The translations under genes and the position numbers were made by a program. Shown piece after piece: positions 9,092 through 18,998 of a stretch of 64,000 bases of DNA. The stretch lies in IMG/VR virus record IMGVR_UViG_3300035517_000038, positions 32,001-96,000 of that record; one strand, given 5' to 3'. Position 1 is the stretch's first letter. Every line of letters starts with the position of its first letter. Under the pieces are notes generated by a model. That model had not been told where the DNA came from and made no database searches. It was given only the letters and a program-made list of their open reading frames with translations. The DNA is from a virus (Duplodnaviria; Caudoviricetes).

Positions 9092-9939
9092 AGATAGTAA
9101 ATCCGGAAATTAGAGCTGTACTCCAAAAATCTGGTTTACAGGGTATGTATGAACAAATAGAGAGAGCTGCTAGAGTTTGCTATAAATCAGAAGGTCTTAC
9201 TAAGTATGATGAAAATGGCAACTCTACTACAGCTGAGGAGTTTGTAAATAAGATAGTCAATGTCTACAAGCATAGGTCTGTGGCAGAGCATGGTACTATA
9301 TACCTTAAGATGCATAGCTATAATCAGATTGTACAAGCCTACATGAACAACCCCTATAGCAGAGTAGTAGAAATTGGGGATTTCTCTAATATATCTAAAT
9401 ATTATGAACGTACTTATTATATAACTACTAACTATAGAGTCATAGTAGAACATGGTTGGTATGATGACCTTAAATATATGTGCGAGCCTACAGAATATCA
9501 TGTACGTAGGCAAACTTATAAGATTATAGCCCAAATATCTATCACTAGAGAGCTTAATAGGCACAGATGCTCTTCTATCTCAGAAATGAGTACTCGCTAT
9601 TGCGATTTCTCACAAGATAAATTTGATAAAGAGTTATCATTTTGTAAGCCTGTATGGTGGAATGAGAATAATTTAAACCAAAATTGTACAGATAAATGGT
9701 CTAAAGAAGATTGGTTTATGTATTCTTGTAAGGCATCTGAGACTGCTTATTTAAATATGAGAGAATTAGGTGCTACTCCTGAAGAAGCAAGAGAAGTTCT
9801 TTTGCTTGATACTATGACAGAGGCTTATTATACAGCTTTTGAAGATGATTGGAAAACTATTGTTAGTATGCGCACAGCACCTACTGCACATCCTAATATG
9901 GTAGCAATATTAAACGGAATTAAACATTTATATCAATGA
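9088..9939 (+). CDS. thyX: FAD-dependent thymidylate synthase
   Basis: IERAARVCYKS, HRSVAEH, RELNRHRCSSISEMSTRY, PEEAREVL and AHP motifs. Confidence 0.93.
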   Translation: MKIVNPEIRAVLQKSGLQGMYEQIERAARVCYKSEGLTKYDENGNSTTAEEFVNKIVNVYKHRSVAEHGTIYLKMHSYNQIVQAYMNNPYSRVVEIGDFSNISKYYERTYYITTNYRVIVEHGWYDDLKYMCEPTEYHVRRQTYKIIAQISITRELNRHRCSSISEMSTRYCDFSQDKFDKELSFCKPVWWNENNLNQNCTDKWSKEDWFMYSCKASETAYLNMRELGATPEEAREVLLLDTMTEAYYTAFEDDWKTIVSMRTAPTAHPNMVAILNGIKHLYQ

Positions 9940-10292
9940 GTTTAGATATTTATCTTTTAAAAAGGAAAGTAGAAGCAGATTCTGCAGAACTTCTTTCACC
10001 TGATGATGTCCTTTATGAGGCAAACATAACCCATAATCTGGGTAAAATGGCTACAGAACTTGATATTTACCAAGTTCTTTGGCGCATGGAAGAAACTGAT
10101 GTACTACAAGCTAAAGACCTATATCCCTATATTAGGAAAGCTATCATAGAAATGATAACCTATCCTGAATACTATAAAAAGTTTGATAGTGATAATGGTT
10201 GGGGTACATTCAAAGACTTTCTTCCCTGGCTGAGTAAATTAATAGTAGCATTAGACCAATATCCTGAATCATATTTAGCAACATCAAGATGA
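9936..10292 (+). CDS. Conserved hypothetical phage protein
   Basis: MSLDIYL...ANITHNLGKMA...NGWGT pattern. Confidence 0.75.
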   Translation: MSLDIYLLKRKVEADSAELLSPDDVLYEANITHNLGKMATELDIYQVLWRMEETDVLQAKDLYPYIRKAIIEMITYPEYYKKFDSDNGWGTFKDFLPWLSKLIVALDQYPESYLATSR

Positions 10293-10429
10293 CTGTAACA
10301 ATAACTTGTCCTTTTTGTGATATTACTATGGATTTAGACCCATATGAACACAAACGCTGCCCTAATTGTGGGCATAACATAGAGTCTCTTCTAGATGAGG
10401 AGGCTATTCTAGAATTTCTAGAGGAGTAA
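10289..10429 (+). CDS. 46-aa zinc-ribbon protein (not in ORF track)
   Basis: CPFC...CPNCG with an acidic tail; ATGA overlap; ends just before a terminator. Confidence 0.7.
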   Translation: MTVTITCPFCDITMDLDPYEHKRCPNCGHNIESLLDEEAILEFLEE

Positions 10430-10433
10430 CTTT

Positions 10434-10478
10434 TAAGGGGAATCTTAGGCGAAAGCTTAGGGTTCCCCTTATTTTTTT
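10434..10478 (+). terminator. Intrinsic terminator ending the replication module
   Basis: TAAGGGGAATCTTAGGC-GAAA-GCTTAGGGTTCCCCTTA followed by T7. Confidence 0.9.
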
Positions 10479-10497
10479 ACAGGAATACATTTATATA

Positions 10498-10529
10498 GTT
10501 GGTTATCAATATTATTTTACTTATCTTTG
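10498..10529 (+). promoter_or_regulatory. Host-type promoter for the virion RNAP gene
   Basis: GTTG-N20-TATCTTTG. Confidence 0.75.
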
Positions 10530-10559
10530 TAAAAGAATTTATTTAATTATTTACTAAAT

Positions 10560-13500
10560 ATGTCTAAAATATATTGTTTATTCCCAACTCCTGATATTAT
10601 CCAGTTGGGTAAATCAGTAGGTATTACACAACCTGTAATAGCTGCTAATACAATAGCAGCTTGGCAAACTAAGAATAGTCAGCCTGGTGTACTACCTTCA
10701 TTAACACAATTGAGTGATTATATGAAAGACTCTGCTAAAGAAAGAGAAGCTCTTGCATATGCTTTACCTTTCTATGAAGAGAATACTTCAGAAGATAGTA
10801 GGGGAGGCTCTGTAGATATTCAAGTAGGAGAAAATGGTCTTGTTACAATGTCTCTTGCTAAATTTAAGCCTGGGCAGAATATAGATGACTGGATAGATTC
10901 CTTTGGTTTATTTAGTACATCAGATAAAATAGCTATTGTAGATGAGGAAAGTGCTTATGCCTATACTTTATTTCTTAATAAAGAAATAGTGCAAAGAGGT
11001 TTGGATAAAGGTATTTTATTTAGAGATGCTAAAAATCCAAACTCTGAATTAAAAGCTATACATAATAGAGCTATTACTAGATTAAATAAATATAATGAAG
11101 AGGTTAGAAAAATAGGCATAATAGCTAAAGATAATAGAACTAAGCAAGTACAAGAAAGAGAATCTTTATTAGATATAGTTAATGGTAAAGGTCAAAACCA
11201 AGATGTATCTGACAATAGTAATGAAACTATAGATATATGGTCTAACCAAGGAAACGCACAAGATTTAAGTAATATGGCCCCTAGGCCTTTTGTTCATGCT
11301 TTTAGAGGGCAAGAGATGAAATTTGATAATGTAGAAAAAGCTTTCCACTTTGCAAAAATGGAGGGACTGCTTTCTACATTGGAGAATCTAATGTCTAGCA
11401 CTCAAAATGAGGACATAAAGAAAGCTTGTGCTAAAGCTATTGAAGAAGTTAGAGCAAAGATGGTTAAAATCCGTGATGCTAAAAATGGCTATAAAGCAAG
11501 AGAATATGGTAATGAAAGAATTACTAGTGAGAATAGAGATGTTAATATCGCTATAACAGATTATTTTGCTCAAGTATGGAATAAAGGCAAGGCTAGAGAG
11601 AATCACTTTAATCTAATGCGAGAATCTTTTTTGCAAAATCCTACAGCCGCACAAAGATTGGTCAACACTGGTAATGCTAAACTTACTCATGATTTAGGAC
11701 AAAATTGGGCAGTGCCTTTTGCTGAAGATATTACAAAAATTAGAGAAGAGCTTAAACAATTATATAAAACACAAAGCCAGCAGCATATAGAAGCTTTAAA
11801 TAAATTAAGCTCTACAGGGATGGTAGCTACTGGCACCAAGAGTCCTATTAGAGGAGCTTCTCATGTTAAGGATATTACAGAAAGAAAACAAACTAAATAC
11901 AGCAGATTAGCAGCTGCTTTTACCCCTCAGCAATTAACTGCTAGATATGAAAAAATTGCTAGAGATTTTAGTCAGAAGGTTTCTGATAAAGTAGAAGAAC
12001 TTATAGCAGAAACAGAGGAGAAGGTACAAAGTGGAGATATAAATGAAGCTTTGCAAGCAAATGCTACACTTAAAATGCTTAAAGACCCTGTTCAAGGTAG
12101 AAGAATAGCTATTGAGAAATTAACCTTTAATGCTATATATAAGGAACTCATGCAGGATTATAAGGATATGCTGGAAATGGCTAAAGAAGATAATAATGCA
12201 GAGTTAGTTCAAAAATATCAAGATATAGTAGATAACTTTGAAGCTCTCTTTGACAATGCTTGTGTTATTATTGAGAAACTTGAGAACCTCAGAATTACTA
12301 CACAAGATGTTGTTGAGCATACTGGTAATGAGAAAGTAAATGCAATTGCTGCTGCTATAGAAGAGGCTACTGCAGAAAAACAATTAGAGGAAGATGATAA
12401 CTCAGATGATGAAAGCGGTAATAGAGCTACTGGTAATGATGGTTGGTCTTATAAAGCTAAGTTTGTAGACCCTTATGACTCTATCAGTGCTAAGACTAAA
12501 GCAGCTCTTACAGACATTAAGAGAGTTATATTTGATGGAGTAGATGAAGATGGTAATGTAAAAACTACAGAAGTCTATGATGACTTAGGAGAAGTAAGAT
12601 ACTATGACAACACTTACATACATGGTGTTCTCCTACATGAGTTATCTGGTATTATCACTCCTTCAGAATATATGATTAGGGATAAAGAAACTGGGGAGGT
12701 GTCATTCCCAGCTTTAGAAAAATTATCCTCTAAATATCCTTGGGTATCTCAGGTTATTGATAAACTTAAGGCTGATGAAACTCTGGCATCTACTTTCTAT
12801 AATGACCTTAGAAAAGAGAGAACGGACTTTTGGAAACATAAAGTTGTAAAGGTAGCTAGAAAAGATGGGGGTTTTGATTATATATGGCAAACAATGTCCA
12901 TTAATAATTCTGTAACTCAGGATTCTGTAATTGATACTATTCTTCAAAACTTTGACTCTGGTAATGTTTTAACAACTCTGAGTTTATATAATACAACAGG
13001 AGAAATAAACACAGAGAATATAGATGAAATTCTTAAAATAGCTGCGGCATTAGAAAATGATGCCTCATCTACAGAAGATACAGAAGATTTACTAGAACTT
13101 TTAGATACTTTTAAAAATCTTATGGCTTCTATAGGAGTAGAAATAGACAATGCTTATGCATATGCTATTATACAGGATAAAGTTCTTTTTCCTGAGGTTA
13201 TGGAAGCATTTAAGGATTTAATAAAAGAAGCTAAAGAATGGAAAAAAGGAAAGCATTTCCCGACTACTGCTCTAAAGCTATTTAAAAATTTTACTGATAA
13301 ATTAGGTTATGTGGAAGATAATGTACCTGCATTATCTACTAGAGAAGGTGATAAAAGTTTACCAACATATTCTGCCCCTAATTATTTAGAAACTATCTTT
13401 AAAAGACTAAAGAGTGATGAAGTAAGATTATCTACATTAGCAGAAGAATTTATGAAATATGATTTCTTCTACGATAAAGAGAATAAGAAGTGGAAATCAG

Positions 13501-16500
13501 GTTGGTTAGAAATATTCTCAGGCGAAGATAAGACTGTTAATATTAGAGAGGTTATGGCTAATTTGAGCATAATGTCTTTAGATAATATTAATGGTAAAGA
13601 GTATGATGATTGGACAGCACCAGAAATCAAAAGTATGTTCTTCCAGCAATATTTAGCAGCTGGTGATAAATTTGCGTGGTACAATACTCCTATATATTCT
13701 GACTCTACTACAGTTAATTTTATTAGGATGGTGAAATATACATCAGATAGTAAAGGCACCTTCAAAGAGAAGTTATTACCCAAATTCAATACTCTAGTAA
13801 GGCAAGAGTTAGGTAGAATATTGCAGGTAGAAAAGAGAAAAGCCCTTATAGAAGAGGGTAAGGTGATGGCTATTCAGAATTTTGACAAGAATGGTGATAA
13901 ATTTTTCTTTTTACCTAAACTCAATGACTATAAAGTAGGAGAGGTTAGCTTCCTGGATGCTATAAGAGCAGCTAAAGATGCAAATGATAATGCAAAAGTA
14001 GATGCTATTATAAATGAAGCCATTATGGAGATAATGGAGGAAGATTTTAAAGAATTTTACACAACTCAAGACATTCATGCTGTAACTGATGTCAATGGTA
14101 ATATTATTATAAAAGAGGATGGTAAAGCTCTAGAGAATAGCCTTTATTATATAGCTGTAAAAGAATTAGAATCTAGAAATCTATTACCTAAAGTAGAACC
14201 TAAAGCGGTAAACAAGGAAGGATTATCAAAGAAGGAGATAGAACAAGCAGAAGAAGCTGCAAAAGAAGAAGCTGAAGAAGAAACAAGAAAACGTATAAGT
14301 GCTGCTGTTGATGAACTTATAGAAGAATATTTCTGGAATAGCTGCTATGCAACCTCTCAGATTATTGAGATTACTGTTACTGACCCTGCGTTCTTTAAGA
14401 ATGATAATGGTGTAGACTTCCAAAAGCGCTTTAAGCAAATCTTTGCTGCTGGTACTAAGTTAAATACTCAATCTAGATATGGTAAAACTCATGAATTAAC
14501 AGTGTATCTTGCAGATGCTATCCAAACTACTGCTACTATGGGTAACCTTAGAAAAAATTTGGATACTGCTGTTAAAGAAAGAAGAATGACTAGAGAGCAA
14601 GCTGATGATATTATTGAAGCAATGCTCAGTATAAATGCTACAGATGCTCAGGCTTATAGAAACCTGGAATCTATGAGGTCTCTATTAGATATGATGGGTA
14701 AATGGGATGAGGAAACCATGAGTCCAGCATTTGAAAGACTGAGAGAGGGTACATATACTAAAGAAGATTTTGATATAGTATGGCAAACTATTAAACCGTT
14801 TGTATTTGCTCAAATAGGTAAGCCTGATGGTTTAGGTGGTATGCTGAAAGTTGCTCATCAGAATAAAAACTCTGAGTTTCTTATTCTCTCATTGTTTAAT
14901 ATGATTGGTAACTCCTATAGCACATCGCCTAAGATGAGAGCTATAGACCAGTTTATGCATGAGAATGGTATTGATGTTGTACAATTTGAATCTGCTGTTA
15001 AAGCAGGTGGTCAAGGTATTATAGATATATCACACTCCCCTCAAAAGCTTAAAAAAGCTCTTAAAGATGGTGTTATAGAGTTTAAGAGTGGTAAGGAAAA
15101 ATACTCATTCAGTATTAACGGTGCTACTACTTTCGGAGGAAAGAATGGTATCAAGGCTATGATGGATGCTAAACTTGTTAAAGGAGAAATTACACAGGAA
15201 GTTTATAATGACTTTATAAAGTACTTTGAGCCTTCACAAGTAGAAGTTTATCAGATGCTTAATGCAGCTGCTAAACAAGGTCCTAATATGCAAACTGACC
15301 CAAATGCTCCTGGCTATGGTTTAAATATGGAGGTTGTTCATGCTATTCCTTATGATAACTTTGTAGTACAGCAACCTACACCTGAGCATTTATTTGATAC
15401 TACTGCTGTTTTTGGCTCTCAGTTTAGAAATCTTATTACTGCTGACTTACCTGATAATATTTCTATAGAAGTTAATGGTATAAAGATTGAAGGTAAAGAT
15501 GCTGTATTAAAAACTTTCCAAAATGCTATTATTGAAAATTTATTAGATGCCTATCAAGAGGTAACTGATAGATTTGCTACTATAGAGGATTTACAAGAAG
15601 CTATATTAAAAACTGTAAAAGGTAATCCTAAATATGGTAGAGAGTTCTTAGAGGCTATGGAAATTGTAACTGATTCAGAAGGTAGAAAATCCTTTAATCT
15701 TCCTATGCATACTCCAGGTATGGCTACAAAGATGGAGGAGATTCTAAATGCTATGTTTAAAAATGCAATTGCTAAACAAAGTATTAAGGGCGGTAATGCT
15801 ATCCTTGTTTCTGACTTTGGTTTTACAAATGAGCTTGAGGTAATAAGAGATGAAGAAACTGGTGCTCTTGTAGAAGTAGAGTGCTATATGCCTTGGTATT
15901 CTAAAAAGAAATTTGGTGCATTTTTAACTAAAAAGACAGACCCTAGAGGTAATATTATAGAAACCCTCGATATAGAGAAACTTGAGAAAATGGCACCTGA
16001 CCTACTGGAGTTAATAGGTTATCGTATTCCTACTGAAGGTAAGTATTCAATGGTGCCTTTGAAAATTAAAGGTTTCTTACCTCAATCTCAAGGTTCTGCT
16101 ATCATGTTACCTGCTGATATTACTAAAATCGCAGGTTCGGACTTCGATGTTGACAAACTTTTTATGATGTTCCCTGAGTTTAAATCTTTCTCATATAATA
16201 AAGGTAAAGCTCTTAAGGACTATAAAAAGTTATTAGGAGCTGATAAATTTAACAAAGCAGCTGCTTCTATAATTACAGAAAATGCTGAAGTTGCTGAAAA
16301 AGTAGAGAAAAATTTAGATAATCTAATGTCTCTTTCTGAAGAAGAATTAGATGCTATAGATTATAAAGACCCTGATTTTAAAAAGTGGTTTAAGGAGCAT
16401 GAAAAAGAATATGAATATAAGAATGAATATGGAGACCCTGCTCCCAGATTAAAGAAGATAAAGGCTAAGACTACGGAAGCTGAAAAGATGAATAAACAAC

Positions 16501-18983
16501 AACGTAATAATATGTTGTTAGATATTTCAAGAGCCATCCTAAAAGACCCTAAAATATCTGAGCATTTTAATTCTCCTGGTAACTTTGATACTGTTAAAAA
16601 GGCTGCAAGAACATCAAGAATTTTAAATAGTAAGAAGTTGATAGAATCTCTTAAAGAAATGCTGACAGTAAATGATGTAGCACCTACCGAAAGAGAGATG
16701 GTAAAATGGTTACATAAAGCAGATTTAAAAACTGTTGATGACTTTTTGGAAAAATACACACCTAAAAGAAGCTTACTTAGTCCTAGTACATTTATGTACT
16801 TCCATGCTCAAAATATGACTGGTGGTAAACTCATAGGTATGTATGCTAATAATACTACAATACAAGCAAAAACTCAAGGTAAATATGCTGAATTAAGAGA
16901 ACAGTATTGCTTCACTATAAATGGTAGAGATATAGATAGTATCACAAAGCCATATATAACTATGCCTGATGGTACTATAATGCGTATCTCTAAAAACTGT
17001 GCAGAGTTTTCAGCAGCCTCTGTGGATAATGCTAAAGACCCTGTATTAGCAGACTTATTACAAGATACTGAGACAGCTCCTATTACTTCTACTATGCTTA
17101 GAATGGGTATGACTATTGATGAAATTGGTACTATATTTGCTAATCCTTATGTGCAAATACATCTTATAAATGGTGCAAAATTTGTTAATTCCCTGTATGC
17201 ACAGGAAATGGTGGCAGGGGAAACGTATATGACTGCTACTGGTAAAAGTACATACTACAATACAGAGGATATGCAGACTTCTATAATTAGTTTTAATAGG
17301 GGCAATTTAAATTATTCACCGGAAGAGTTATCAGATGAAGGGCTGGAAGAATTAGGACATTTGTATAATGGCTATAAACTCTTCTTACAAATAAGTAAAG
17401 TAGCTCAAACTGTTAAAGATATGTCTAAAGTGCAAAGAGCAGACTCTCCTAATGGTGCTATACAGAATACTGTAGCAAAAGCTATAATTCAGCAAAAAAG
17501 AGTAACAGCTTTTCAATTACTGGATAACTTTGAAAAAGAAGCTGTACGTAAAAATAAAAAACTTTTAGACCCTACGCCTGTTGTCGGTTTTATTAATTTA
17601 CTGCCTGAAAATAATGTAGGAAGGGCATTAAGCAGTAAAGAAGAGTTGAGAAACAAATTTAGAAACTCAAGTATGCCTATGTTGCAAGCTTTTTATTCTT
17701 TAGGTATAGATTTTGGTCTTGCTAATATTGCTAGATATTATGCTCCAATATCAGGAGGTGCTACATATGCTATAGACTTGTTATTTAAAAATGCTAAAAA
17801 TTATAAAGTAGGTGAAAAAGTTTTAGATAGATTCTTAAAACAATCTACTATATATTATCTAAGTAAAACTAAATTTTTTGGTGATGACCCTGAATCAGGA
17901 CAAACTTACAAAGAAAAAAGAGCATATTATCTAAATGAGTACCCTCATGAATTTAAAAAACTAAGACAAGAGCACCCGGAGCTTAATAATAATGAAGCTA
18001 TAAAAGCTCTATGGGTAAATGAAAACATTGATGAAGATACTGGTATTCCTATGGGAGCTACTATTGAGATGAGAAATGCATCTAAAAAAACTAAAACCAG
18101 CAGAATGATGCTTATGAACGCTTTTGATGCTTTATTTAATTCTAATGAGAAAACATCCGGAATTAGTGATGCATTAGCTGTTCAAGTAGCTACTGACTTA
18201 TTTGCATATGCTTACTATAAGTATGGTCTTGGTTTTGGTGCTAAATCCTTTGGTAATTTCTTCAGTCCTTTCTTCTATAATCAATTTAGTGACATAGTAA
18301 ATGATTTAAGATTAATGGATAGAAATTATGATATGACGGAAGCTTCTAATTACTATTACCAATTTATGGTTCAAAATGCTCCTGATATATTACCTACTTT
18401 CCAAGGTGGTATTAATAGTAAATTTGTATCAGGTGTTTTAGATTCAAAAGGTGAGGCTATTGAAGGTATGGTTAAAGTACCATTAGGTAAAGTATTTAAT
18501 AAATACGATGCTAATAGTATAGTACACCAGTATATTTGTGTTACAGATAATACTTCAGATGTATATCTATTTTCTGATATGTTAGAGTTAGAAGAAACAG
18601 ATGGTGCAGGTAACAAGATAAAAGTTAAATATGCTGCCTATGATAAAATAGGTTCAGTTGAGTCAAGCTCTTTTGTCTATGATGCTAATTCTGACCATAG
18701 AAAGTTAGTAGACGATTATGCAGATGAGGAACTTAATGCAGGTCTAGAAGATTTTGATTTAGATGAGGTTAGGGAATTAAGAAGAGCAGCAAGAGAAGAA
18801 TCTGAAGAGTCGGAAGCTCCTGTGGAAGATTTTGAAAAAGAAGATAAAGACTCTAGAAGACAAAGACTGGAAGATACTGATTTCGGAGATTATTCAGCAG
18901 TAGAAGAAGATGATGATGACACAGCCTCTGAAAATTATGACCCTCAAAAAGGCTTGGAAGCTGCTGGAGAAAAAAAATGTTAA
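10560..18983 (+). CDS. Virion-packaged single-chain RNA polymerase with N-terminal NADAR-like domain
   Basis: 2807 aa; GYRIPT...AGSDFDVDKL catalytic motif (DFDVD at 16140-16154); NATDAQAY; ASVDNAKDP. Confidence 0.9.
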   Translation: MSKIYCLFPTPDIIQLGKSVGITQPVIAANTIAAWQTKNSQPGVLPSLTQLSDYMKDSAKEREALAYALPFYEENTSEDSRGGSVDIQVGENGLVTMSLAKFKPGQNIDDWIDSFGLFSTSDKIAIVDEESAYAYTLFLNKEIVQRGLDKGILFRDAKNPNSELKAIHNRAITRLNKYNEEVRKIGIIAKDNRTKQVQERESLLDIVNGKGQNQDVSDNSNETIDIWSNQGNAQDLSNMAPRPFVHAFRGQEMKFDNVEKAFHFAKMEGLLSTLENLMSSTQNEDIKKACAKAIEEVRAKMVKIRDAKNGYKAREYGNERITSENRDVNIAITDYFAQVWNKGKARENHFNLMRESFLQNPTAAQRLVNTGNAKLTHDLGQNWAVPFAEDITKIREELKQLYKTQSQQHIEALNKLSSTGMVATGTKSPIRGASHVKDITERKQTKYSRLAAAFTPQQLTARYEKIARDFSQKVSDKVEELIAETEEKVQSGDINEALQANATLKMLKDPVQGRRIAIEKLTFNAIYKELMQDYKDMLEMAKEDNNAELVQKYQDIVDNFEALFDNACVIIEKLENLRITTQDVVEHTGNEKVNAIAAAIEEATAEKQLEEDDNSDDESGNRATGNDGWSYKAKFVDPYDSISAKTKAALTDIKRVIFDGVDEDGNVKTTEVYDDLGEVRYYDNTYIHGVLLHELSGIITPSEYMIRDKETGEVSFPALEKLSSKYPWVSQVIDKLKADETLASTFYNDLRKERTDFWKHKVVKVARKDGGFDYIWQTMSINNSVTQDSVIDTILQNFDSGNVLTTLSLYNTTGEINTENIDEILKIAAALENDASSTEDTEDLLELLDTFKNLMASIGVEIDNAYAYAIIQDKVLFPEVMEAFKDLIKEAKEWKKGKHFPTTALKLFKNFTDKLGYVEDNVPALSTREGDKSLPTYSAPNYLETIFKRLKSDEVRLSTLAEEFMKYDFFYDKENKKWKSGWLEIFSGEDKTVNIREVMANLSIMSLDNINGKEYDDWTAPEIKSMFFQQYLAAGDKFAWYNTPIYSDSTTVNFIRMVKYTSDSKGTFKEKLLPKFNTLVRQELGRILQVEKRKALIEEGKVMAIQNFDKNGDKFFFLPKLNDYKVGEVSFLDAIRAAKDANDNAKVDAIINEAIMEIMEEDFKEFYTTQDIHAVTDVNGNIIIKEDGKALENSLYYIAVKELESRNLLPKVEPKAVNKEGLSKKEIEQAEEAAKEEAEEETRKRISAAVDELIEEYFWNSCYATSQIIEITVTDPAFFKNDNGVDFQKRFKQIFAAGTKLNTQSRYGKTHELTVYLADAIQTTATMGNLRKNLDTAVKERRMTREQADDIIEAMLSINATDAQAYRNLESMRSLLDMMGKWDEETMSPAFERLREGTYTKEDFDIVWQTIKPFVFAQIGKPDGLGGMLKVAHQNKNSEFLILSLFNMIGNSYSTSPKMRAIDQFMHENGIDVVQFESAVKAGGQGIIDISHSPQKLKKALKDGVIEFKSGKEKYSFSINGATTFGGKNGIKAMMDAKLVKGEITQEVYNDFIKYFEPSQVEVYQMLNAAAKQGPNMQTDPNAPGYGLNMEVVHAIPYDNFVVQQPTPEHLFDTTAVFGSQFRNLITADLPDNISIEVNGIKIEGKDAVLKTFQNAIIENLLDAYQEVTDRFATIEDLQEAILKTVKGNPKYGREFLEAMEIVTDSEGRKSFNLPMHTPGMATKMEEILNAMFKNAIAKQSIKGGNAILVSDFGFTNELEVIRDEETGALVEVECYMPWYSKKKFGAFLTKKTDPRGNIIETLDIEKLEKMAPDLLELIGYRIPTEGKYSMVPLKIKGFLPQSQGSAIMLPADITKIAGSDFDVDKLFMMFPEFKSFSYNKGKALKDYKKLLGADKFNKAAASIITENAEVAEKVEKNLDNLMSLSEEELDAIDYKDPDFKKWFKEHEKEYEYKNEYGDPAPRLKKIKAKTTEAEKMNKQQRNNMLLDISRAILKDPKISEHFNSPGNFDTVKKAARTSRILNSKKLIESLKEMLTVNDVAPTEREMVKWLHKADLKTVDDFLEKYTPKRSLLSPSTFMYFHAQNMTGGKLIGMYANNTTIQAKTQGKYAELREQYCFTINGRDIDSITKPYITMPDGTIMRISKNCAEFSAASVDNAKDPVLADLLQDTETAPITSTMLRMGMTIDEIGTIFANPYVQIHLINGAKFVNSLYAQEMVAGETYMTATGKSTYYNTEDMQTSIISFNRGNLNYSPEELSDEGLEELGHLYNGYKLFLQISKVAQTVKDMSKVQRADSPNGAIQNTVAKAIIQQKRVTAFQLLDNFEKEAVRKNKKLLDPTPVVGFINLLPENNVGRALSSKEELRNKFRNSSMPMLQAFYSLGIDFGLANIARYYAPISGGATYAIDLLFKNAKNYKVGEKVLDRFLKQSTIYYLSKTKFFGDDPESGQTYKEKRAYYLNEYPHEFKKLRQEHPELNNNEAIKALWVNENIDEDTGIPMGATIEMRNASKKTKTSRMMLMNAFDALFNSNEKTSGISDALAVQVATDLFAYAYYKYGLGFGAKSFGNFFSPFFYNQFSDIVNDLRLMDRNYDMTEASNYYYQFMVQNAPDILPTFQGGINSKFVSGVLDSKGEAIEGMVKVPLGKVFNKYDANSIVHQYICVTDNTSDVYLFSDMLELEETDGAGNKIKVKYAAYDKIGSVESSSFVYDANSDHRKLVDDYADEELNAGLEDFDLDEVRELRRAAREESEESEAPVEDFEKEDKDSRRQRLEDTDFGDYSAVEEDDDDTASENYDPQKGLEAAGEKKC

Positions 18984-18998
18984 TAAAAAATTTAATAT

